The notes below the pieces were generated by a model. It ran no database searches, was not told the DNA's origin, and saw nothing but the letters and a program-made list of their open reading frames with translations. The position numbers and the translations under genes were made by a program. A stretch of DNA of 13,794 nt. Source: Verrucomicrobiota bacterium. GTDB taxonomy: Bacteria; Verrucomicrobiota; Verrucomicrobiia; Limisphaerales; SXQI01. The number at the start of each line of letters is the position of its first letter. The first letter of the stretch is position 1. The stretch spans positions 1 through 13,794 of the forward strand of contig JANRLX010000083.1 in assembly GCA_033762115.1 (NCBI GenBank), given 5' to 3'. Shown piece by piece: positions 8,207 through 13,794 of the stretch.

Positions 8207-9981
8207 TCCGCAATCACTGAGAAAAAGCGATTGGTCGTGCCAAGGGGCTCAGTATAACTCTTCCCGGTCCCATCACCCTGGATGGTTGATCTGGTTTGCC
8301 AATCATCTGCAAGATTCAGTTTGGTCAGGATAGTGTAACTGGTGCCCGGCAAACTGGCGAATTGCAGCTGGAAATTCGATCCAACCCGCGTTCCTGTCAA
8401 GGTAACGGGAATTTTTGGGAACATCCGCATGTCATCAAAGACCACGGAACCACCCCCATTGGACTCAGGTGTCCGCACTCCTTGATACACGACCTGGTAA
8501 CGCGCAAAGGAGGCGTTGGCAGGAGCAAACATTACAGGTGTCGAGTTGGTGATCTGAAAGGTCTGGGTATTCAGGACATTGGTGACCTTGAGGCGGGACC
8601 ATTGGGAGGGGCTGGAGTTTGCATTAATCTCGCCGCTGCGATAAAGCGAAAGAACATTGCCTGCCTGGTCACGGAAGGAGACTTCGATCCAGGCACGATT
8701 TGCGTCGGAGATATAATCATCTGCCGGGGTCAATCCCCATCCTTCGGCTGAATAGGCTTTGCCTGGCTGGACAGGTTTGTCCTGATAAAACCCATTGAAA
8801 CTGGAGGCATGAAAGGAATGGGAAACGTAAAAGCCGGAGTGAACATGAAATTGCTCGCTAAAATAGAAGTAACGGTTGGTGGAGGCCTGGACGGCAGCGC
8901 CGTTAAAGGCGATCCAGGGCGTAAAAGCGCCTGATTCAAAACCGGGATTTTCAAGGAGGTTGGCGGCTTCCTCAACGGTCTGGACAGTCAGGCGCGCTCC
9001 GACTTTAAGGCTGGTGGTGCCATCGCTGACAACTACTGAGTATTGGCCGCGATTGGACATTTGCACATCGGTGATGATCAACGTGGGGCTGGACACGCCG
9101 GAAAATTGCCCGCCCTCTGTCAGCGGTTCAGTTCCGAATAACCATTGGTAGGTCAGGTCGGTGCCGGAAGCTGAGACTGTGAATGCGGCAGTTTGCCCGA
9201 TGGTGCGGGTGAGATCAGTGGGAGAGGAAATAATGTCAACAGGGGCGATGGTGCGCTTGTCCAGCACCAGATCATCGAAATAAACCGAGCCGCCATCCGC
9301 GGTGCCTGGCTGGCGAAAGACAACCTGGAAACGCACCAGAGTGCTGCCTTCCGGCGCTTCCAGTTCAGTGGCGGTACCGATAATACTGGTGAAATCCTCG
9401 ATACTGATCTGGTTTGTCACCTTGAGATGGTGCCAGGTGGTGGGTTCAGAAAAGCGGTCAAGGACAATTGAGCGGTACAATGCCAGTGGCTGGTCATCAG
9501 CATTTCTAAAGGAGACTTCCAACCAGGCGGTGTTGTTCCCCTGAAGGCGGTCCTGGATATGGGTGAGGGCATAACCTTCCGCCACCCAGAGAGCGCCCGG
9601 AGCAGAGGGTTTGTCCTGTAACACGCCGTTATAACTGTCAGTTCCGTTGAATTGTCCGAAGCTTTTGAAAACAAAGCGACCGGTATGGGTCAATACATTG
9701 GAAGCGCCTTGTGATGAACCGTTGTTGAAATAGGTGTTGTTGGTGGATTCGACGACAGCGTTTCCATAGCTGTTCCAATTGCCAAGGGTGCCAGTTTCGA
9801 AGCCTGCGTTCAGGAGCTCGTTGGCGGCTGAAACGTTCAGGCTGGCGCCGATCAGGAAAGCCGCAGCCAGGAATTGTCCGAACAGGGCCTTGATCTTTTG
9901 AAGAAAAAGCCGATCCAGTCGGGAGGTCATCTCAGAAAAACAGCTCAAGCGACGCATCAGAAGAGAGCTTGATAAAGGCAT
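8203..9981 (-). CDS. Secreted non-catalytic protein: CBM4/9-like domain, Ig domain, CBM4/9-like domain, C-terminal tail
   Basis: Signal peptide ending LNVSA|ANE. Two homologous ~185-aa repeats (LLNAGFETG...AWLEVSFRN...GGSVYFDD and LLENPGFESG...AWIEVSFRD...GGSVVFDD) flank an I-set-like Ig domain (GQTAAFTVSASG..LTYQW...GQYSVVVS). The true start may be Met9 (9957) or Met18 (9930). Confidence 0.8.
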   Translation of the reverse strand: MPLSSSLLMRRLSCFSEMTSRLDRLFLQKIKALFGQFLAAAFLIGASLNVSAANELLNAGFETGTLGNWNSYGNAVVESTNNTYFNNGSSQGASNVLTHTGRFVFKSFGQFNGTDSYNGVLQDKPSAPGALWVAEGYALTHIQDRLQGNNTAWLEVSFRNADDQPLALYRSIVLDRFSEPTTWHHLKVTNQISIEDFTSIIGTATELEAPEGSTLVRFQVVFRQPGTADGGSVYFDDLVLDKRTIAPVDIISSPTDLTRTIGQTAAFTVSASGTDLTYQWLFGTEPLTEGGQFSGVSSPTLIITDVQMSNRGQYSVVVSDGTTSLKVGARLTVQTVEEAANLLENPGFESGAFTPWIAFNGAAVQASTNRYFYFSEQFHVHSGFYVSHSFHASSFNGFYQDKPVQPGKAYSAEGWGLTPADDYISDANRAWIEVSFRDQAGNVLSLYRSGEINANSSPSQWSRLKVTNVLNTQTFQITNSTPVMFAPANASFARYQVVYQGVRTPESNGGGSVVFDDMRMFPKIPVTLTGTRVGSNFQLQFASLPGTSYTILTKLNLADDWQTRSTIQGDGTGKSYTEPLGTTNRFFSVIAE

Positions 9982-9997
9982 TTCCCACTTCTGTCAA
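9969..9997 (-). promoter_or_regulatory. Putative sigma70 promoter for the CBM/GH16 operon
   Basis: Minus strand reads TTGACA (9997-9992), 17 bp, TATCAA (9974-9969). It overlaps the track's ATG at 9981, which implies a downstream start. Confidence 0.5.
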
Positions 9998-10004
9998 GGA
10001 GTTG

Positions 10005-10012
10005 CCCCGGTT
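10005..10012 (+). repeat. Target-site duplication, left copy (CCCCGGTT)
   Basis: Identical to 12927-12934. Both copies abut the terminal inverted repeats. Confidence 0.95.
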
Positions 10013-10029
10013 GGTAGTGGCTCAGTTTG
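10013..10029 (+). repeat. Terminal inverted repeat downstream of transposase (IRR), GGTAGTGGCTCAGTTTG
   Basis: Exact reverse complement of 12910-12926. Contains the transposase TGA stop (10024-10022). Confidence 0.95.
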
Positions 10030-10870
10030 GATTTGAGTCCAGCAAGGCCAGAATTTCTTCAATCGTCCATACATGATCGGCGATGCCTGCTTCCATCGCA
10101 GGGGTGACGCGCAACGATTGATGGATGCGAGCGAAATTATAAAACATATAATGGACCGCGATTGAATGCTCATGGTTCTCAACCTTCTTTGAAAAGCCAT
10201 TCGTCAAGCGCGTGAACCGACGCATCGACATGCGCATCGTTAAATTCTGACGTTCAACTCGGCTGGTCGATATATGTTTGAATTCTGGCTTGCCGGAAAC
10301 CACCGCCTTGCGCGCTCCCATGCACTGAGCGGGACTGTATCGCACTTCAGCCGGGGCCGTGGATGTTCCGACAGGGTTTCCGTAAATCTTTACCAGTTGC
10401 GCGAAATCAATGTCCGCTCCGAAGGCATCCTCGACGGCTTGCAGATACGGCCTATGCCCGTCTGTAGTCAATTGCACGCGACTAACGAGGCGTTCCGCAA
10501 GATCGTTGATGAAGTGATAAGCCGCGCTCGCGTCACGCGTGCCGACATACCACGTCGGAACAAGTTTCGTGTCCGGGTCCAGAGCAACCCAAGTCCATAC
10601 ATCGCCCCAACCTTTTTCGTGATTATCTGGCGTAACGTGCTTTTCTTTGCAGCCTACAAAACTCCAAATTTCGTCGCATTCAATCCGCTTACATTTGAGG
10701 TTGCGAAATGTCTTGTCCTGATAGATCGAGCACGCCGTTCCAAGATCAACGAGGAGCTTGTTGATTGTGTTGCGCGAGACGCCGATCATCCGGCTGATGG
10801 CGCGGAGTGAGTTCCCCTCAACAAGTGCCGCCACGATCTGCTTTCGTTCGGCCGTGCTCAGTTTGTTCAC
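10022..10870 (-). CDS. IS1-family DDE transposase (single ORF, N-terminal HTH, no zinc finger)
   Basis: HTH (LVEGNSLRAISRMIGVSRNTI), ECDEIWSFVG, WTWVALD, QLTTDG, SRVERQNLTMR, RRFTRLTNGFSKK and YNFARIH..L..TPAM motifs. Start placed at GTG 10870 (282 aa) rather than the track's 10909, because the extra 13 codons cover the predicted promoter. Confidence 0.92.
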   Translation of the reverse strand: MNKLSTAERKQIVAALVEGNSLRAISRMIGVSRNTINKLLVDLGTACSIYQDKTFRNLKCKRIECDEIWSFVGCKEKHVTPDNHEKGWGDVWTWVALDPDTKLVPTWYVGTRDASAAYHFINDLAERLVSRVQLTTDGHRPYLQAVEDAFGADIDFAQLVKIYGNPVGTSTAPAEVRYSPAQCMGARKAVVSGKPEFKHISTSRVERQNLTMRMSMRRFTRLTNGFSKKVENHEHSIAVHYMFYNFARIHQSLRVTPAMEAGIADHVWTIEEILALLDSNPN

Positions 10871-10876
10871 GGCGCG

Positions 10877-10910
10877 AGAATGACCCAAGTTCCATGAGCG
10901 GTCAAGCATT
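10877..10910 (-). promoter_or_regulatory. Transposase promoter overlapping the 16-bp shared motif
   Basis: Minus strand reads TTGACC (10905-10900), 17 bp, CATTCT (10882-10877), 6 nt, GTG. No SD sequence, so probably leaderless. The motif TGAGCGGTCAAGCATT is at 10895-10910. Confidence 0.65.
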
Positions 10911-10920
10911 TTCGTTCAGT

Positions 10921-10974
10921 TTGCTAAAATAAGCAATTTCGCGTATTGACAAATGTCCCGGCCTTTCTGAGGAT
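10921..10974 (+). promoter_or_regulatory. Putative promoter/operator of the cargo operon
   Basis: Perfect -35 TTGACA (10946-10951) with a weak -10 (GAGGAT, 10969-10974) at 17 bp. Upstream inverted repeat TTGCT-N6-AGCAA (10921-10936). Confidence 0.4.
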
Positions 10975-10995
10975 CGTGCAGACATAAGAAGAGAC

Positions 10996-12135
10996 ATGCC
11001 GACCGAATTCAAAACCCCTGGCCAATTAATTCAAGCCCTTCTTGATGAGCGCGGGTGGTCTAAGCGCGTGCTGGCCGTAGTGTTGGGCGCGAGCGAAACT
11101 GGAATCAACAAGATCATAAACGGGAAGCAGCCGTTGACGGCGGATATGGCCTTATCCTTAAAGGATGTTTTTGGTATCCCCGCTGAACGATTCCTTGAAC
11201 TTCAAAAGCACTTAGAACTGGAGCAAGCGAAGCTTTTTGCAATGGAGGATAGCGGCCTTGCTGTGCGGGCCAAGCTTTTTGGAGCGATCCCAGTGGATGA
11301 AATTATCAAACGCGGTTGGATGCCCGGCGTTGCTGATATTCGAGATTTCCAAAGGGTTGAGACTGGTCTGATGAAGTTTTTCAAGGCGTCGTCTTTGGAT
11401 CAAATCGAGGTATTCCCGCATTCGGCGAAAAAAACAAACGTCTCGGAACCTGCGACACCGATTCAAATCGCATGGCTCTATCGGGTTAAGGAAATCGCAA
11501 GTGAAATGCTTGTTCCGCGCTATTCACCAAGTGCCGTAATGGCTGCGATCCCAAAACTTCGCGAGTTGTTGGTGTCGCATGCTGCTATCCGAAAAGTTCC
11601 AAGAATCCTACAGGATTGCGGCGTTCGATACGTTATCGTCGAGAAGCTTCCAGGCGCGAAGATTGATGGAGTTTGCTTTTGGCTAGATGATCAATCTCCA
11701 GTTATTGGCATGTCCATTCAGTATGATCGGATCGATAATTTTTGGTTTGTCCTACGCCATGAACTCGAACACGTCATTCAGGGCCACGGAAAAAACGCAA
11801 TGATGATCGATGCAGACCTTCACGGTGAAGGAGCGGGAACTGGTGAATCGATTGCTGAAGAGGAAAAGGTTGCCAATGCGGCGGCATCGGATTTTTGCAC
11901 CCCAAAGAAGTCCATCGAAAGTTTCATCGCTCGAAAAGCACCTTTGTTTAAAGAACGCGATTTGATCGGATTTGCGAACACCTTGGCAATTCATCCCGGT
12001 GTCGTCGTTGGGCAATTACAGCGCAAGACGGGGCATTACGAGTTGTTCCGAAGTCATTTGGTAAAAGTAAGGTCGATCATCGCGACTGAGGCGATGATCG
12101 ACGGCTGGGGCACTGTTGCTCCAGTTGGTCTGTAA
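10996..12135 (+). CDS. XRE/HigA-type HTH fused to ImmA/IrrE-family Zn metallopeptidase
   Basis: N-terminal TPGQLIQALLDERGWSKRVLAVVLG...INKIINGKQPLTADMALSL (HigA-like HTH). C-terminal KIDGVCFW, DRIDNFWFVLRHELEH (HExxH) and EEKVANAAA. Confidence 0.88.
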   Translation: MPTEFKTPGQLIQALLDERGWSKRVLAVVLGASETGINKIINGKQPLTADMALSLKDVFGIPAERFLELQKHLELEQAKLFAMEDSGLAVRAKLFGAIPVDEIIKRGWMPGVADIRDFQRVETGLMKFFKASSLDQIEVFPHSAKKTNVSEPATPIQIAWLYRVKEIASEMLVPRYSPSAVMAAIPKLRELLVSHAAIRKVPRILQDCGVRYVIVEKLPGAKIDGVCFWLDDQSPVIGMSIQYDRIDNFWFVLRHELEHVIQGHGKNAMMIDADLHGEGAGTGESIAEEEKVANAAASDFCTPKKSIESFIARKAPLFKERDLIGFANTLAIHPGVVVGQLQRKTGHYELFRSHLVKVRSIIATEAMIDGWGTVAPVGL

Positions 12136-12147
12136 GGAAAAACATAT

Positions 12148-12621
12148 ATGGCACAAAAAGTTGAAGTCGATTACGCCATTGAGGCGTGGAAGAAGGCGAC
12201 CGGCAATGTCGAAATAGACATGCACGAGGTTGTTAAATACGCGGTTGAGGAATTGGGGTGGCCGTTGCCGGAGCCGGTGAGTCCCTACGAAGTGTTAGCA
12301 AGACATTTCTCGCGCAAAGCCAGAGAGGCCACTCGCCAAGACCCGAAAACGGGTGATCATTATCGCCGCTTCCACGCCTATCCTGACGGGAAAGGCGGCC
12401 AAGGCGTCCTTTGGATTGATATTGATGAGGCCCCGCGAAACATCATGCTGAAATCAACTATTATGCGGCGCGAGCAAGTCGTCGGCGACATGCTCCAGCT
12501 AGAACTCGATCTTCGCCACTGGAACAACGTGAATCCGAAGGAGGAGCCGATTGTGCTGGTGAAGGACCTTACAGAGGACGTCGCTGAGAGATTGGCGGGG
12601 CCAAACGAAGAAGCGGCCTAA
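12148..12621 (+). CDS. Hypothetical protein (157 aa), second cargo gene
   Basis: RBS TAAGGA overlaps the upstream stop, with a 12-bp gap. Soluble-looking protein with an acidic C-terminus. No named domain recognised. Confidence 0.85.
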   Translation: MAQKVEVDYAIEAWKKATGNVEIDMHEVVKYAVEELGWPLPEPVSPYEVLARHFSRKAREATRQDPKTGDHYRRFHAYPDGKGGQGVLWIDIDEAPRNIMLKSTIMRREQVVGDMLQLELDLRHWNNVNPKEEPIVLVKDLTEDVAERLAGPNEEAA

Positions 12622-12866
12622 CTTTTCTTCCACCGAGCCGCAGCCGCGAGTTTGGCAATCTCCTCTCGCTTCTTTTTGCTGAGAGCTTCTGCTCGAGCTT
12701 TTCCGCCTTTTAGTCCGCCCAACCGTCCAAGAGCAACGGCAGCCGGATTTTTACCATCGGCGGCAGGCGGTTTCTCAGTTTGACCGGGCACAGGTTGCCC
12801 GGTGGACATGGCAACGATTCGCGCGGCGAGGGAATTAGGATCGCGCGGCATCTTCCGTTTTTGCAT
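12618..12866 (-). CDS. Small basic KGG-motif protein (82 aa), IS-associated
   Basis: PRDPNSLAARIV...KNPAAVALGRLGGLKGGKARAEALSKKKREEIAKLAAAARW, K/R/A-rich. Has its own promoter next to the TIR. Its stop overlaps that of the convergent 157-aa gene (CTAA, 12618-12621). Confidence 0.85.
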   Translation of the reverse strand: MQKRKMPRDPNSLAARIVAMSTGQPVPGQTEKPPAADGKNPAAVALGRLGGLKGGKARAEALSKKKREEIAKLAAAARWKKS

Positions 12867-12872
12867 GCCACC

Positions 12873-12901
12873 AGAATGCTTGACCGCTCAAATTATGCCA
12901 G
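12873..12901 (-). promoter_or_regulatory. Promoter of the small KGG protein gene, overlapping the second copy of the 16-bp motif
   Basis: Minus strand reads CTGGCA (12901-12896), 17 bp, CATTCT (12878-12873), 6 nt, ATG. The motif AATGCTTGACCGCTCA is at 12875-12890 (+). Confidence 0.6.
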
Positions 12902-12909
12902 CGGATTTT

Positions 12910-12926
12910 CAAACTGAGCCACTACC
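12910..12926 (-). repeat. Terminal inverted repeat (IRL), CAAACTGAGCCACTACC on + strand
   Basis: 17/17 reverse complement of 10013-10029. Confidence 0.95.
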
Positions 12927-12934
12927 CCCCGGTT
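12927..12934 (+). repeat. Target-site duplication, right copy (CCCCGGTT)
   Basis: Identical to 10005-10012. Confidence 0.95.
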
Positions 12935-12998
12935 AAATCACTATTCCCATGCATGCCCCTCCCTGGCATTTGAGCTCTGTTTTGCCGGTGATCACGGG

Positions 12999-13234
12999 AG
13001 AAGTGGGAAATGGGATGAAGGCACTGGTAAGCGATTTTGTAATAAGCTGATGATGTGGATGTTACATCATGAATGGAGGAGTTTTTGGCTGGTTTTAGTG
13101 CGCAATCGAATCAAGAGAAGCCGGGAAGAAGTGGGAAATGGTGGGATGTATTTAAGGAAATCCTTAATTAAGGAAACGCTTAAGTAAGTTGCGGCCTGGC
13201 GCCTGGTAAGGAGAAAAAGTGGGAATTGGTGGCA
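12999..13234 (+). repeat. Dispersed AGAAGTGGGAAATG repeats (probable protein-binding sites)
   Basis: Exact 14-mers at 12999-13012 and 13127-13140, a degenerate copy at about 13215-13232, and an exact inverted copy at 9979-9992. Confidence 0.7.
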
Positions 13235-13381
13235 CAGCCTTTTGAGTTTTGGCAGCTGGTTTCACGGCAATTGCAGGCTCGGGTAAGGGGGTTAACCTGT
13301 GGAGTTCGAATAGCATGGGTTGGGCTGCTCCCGTTGGTCCCAGGAAAAAGTTGGAAAATGGGCTGGCGGTCGGTTTTCTGA

Positions 13382-13794
13382 TCAGGAGTTGGCAAGCTGG
13401 AATTTACGTTCGTTAAGCTGGGTTTGCCAGCGGAGGGTGTAGGCCAGGGTGGTATAGAGGCGCTGCAAGGAAGGAATGGAGGCCGCTTGCTGATCCGGGC
13501 TTTCCTCTGCCCACTGGTGATCGAGATTTTTAAGTTCCTCGATACTTTGGGTGAGGATGAGATTCAATTCCTGCAAGGCGGCATCCAGAAGGTCGATCAT
13601 CTCCAAGCGTTCTGGAAACTGGCGGGCTTTGAGGATGGGGGAGGTGAGCCTGGCAGCCTCGGAGATGAGTCGGTCTGATTGTTGGATGAGGCTGGTGATT
13701 TTCATGAAGAAGTTCATGACAACGAGGGGGATGGATTGGAGGGAACCGGGTTTTTCACCGGTCAGCAATTCCAGGAGGTGAGCGAGTCGTTGGG
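13382..13794 (-). CDS. Probable HscB-like J-domain co-chaperone, C-terminal part (5' end beyond window)
   Basis: The frame stays open upstream of the track's 13768 start to the window edge (QRLAHLLELLTGEKPG...VVMNFFM), resembling the end of the HscB J-domain (PxxRxxYLLxL) and its linker. A helical-bundle-like region follows, ending LQRLYTTLAYTLRW. The HPD motif is not visible in the window. Confidence 0.55.
   Translation of the reverse strand, partial: QRLAHLLELLTGEKPGSLQSIPLVVMNFFMKITSLIQQSDRLISEAARLTSPILKARQFPERLEMIDLLDAALQELNLILTQSIEELKNLDHQWAEESPDQQAASIPSLQRLYTTLAYTLRWQTQLNERKFQLANS

Larger units (their letters stand above)
10013..12926 (-). mobile_element. IS1-family (ISMhu11-like group) insertion sequence with passenger genes, 2914 bp
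   Basis: Perfect 17-bp TIRs, 8-bp TSD, IS1-type GGnnnTG ends, a DDE transposase and three further ORFs inside. Confidence 0.93.

Noticed and set aside
9994..10200. 68-aa minus-strand ORF overlapping the transposase end, as a possible IS1-type frameshift partner
   Set aside because: The transposase is already complete in one frame, and this ORF crosses the TIR into host DNA.
10871..10909. Track start of the transposase at ATG 10909
   Set aside because: The extra 13 codons overlap the predicted promoter and the 16-bp motif. GTG 10870 fits the promoter geometry better.
12935..13380. CRISPR array, tRNA or other ncRNA in the repeat-rich intergenic region
   Set aside because: The repeats are short (14-16 bp) and irregularly spaced, no cas genes are present, and no tRNA cloverleaf is seen.
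13180..13395. 71-aa minus-strand ORF after the HscB-like gene
   Set aside because: No recognisable motif, atypical composition, and it runs through the repeat/operator region. Probably spurious.

Overview
Bacterial chromosomal window, probably Verrucomicrobiota (inferred from the long-form IspG and the C-terminal tails of the secreted proteins). The left half is housekeeping: rseP-ispG on the minus strand (ispG runs off the left edge and is missing from the ORF track), and a divergent class II B12-dependent ribonucleotide reductase (nrdJ) with tandem NrdR-like boxes and a terminator. The middle holds a small hypothetical gene and a minus-strand pair, a secreted non-catalytic protein with two CBM-like domains and an Ig domain, coupled to a secreted GH16 glucanase. 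The main feature is an intact 2914-bp cargo-carrying IS1-family element (10013-12926) with perfect 17-bp terminal inverted repeats and an 8-bp target duplication (CCCCGGTT). It has a DDE transposase at one end, a small basic KGG-motif protein at the other, and between them an opposite-strand operon: an HTH + ImmA/IrrE Zn-peptidase and an unknown 157-aa protein (candidate toxin-antitoxin/defence module). The two flanking genes share an apparently leaderless promoter layout and a perfect 16-bp motif in inverted orientation. The IS landed in a motif-rich regulatory region with MraZ-box-like repeats. The right edge is the 3' part of a probable HscB-like co-chaperone gene.
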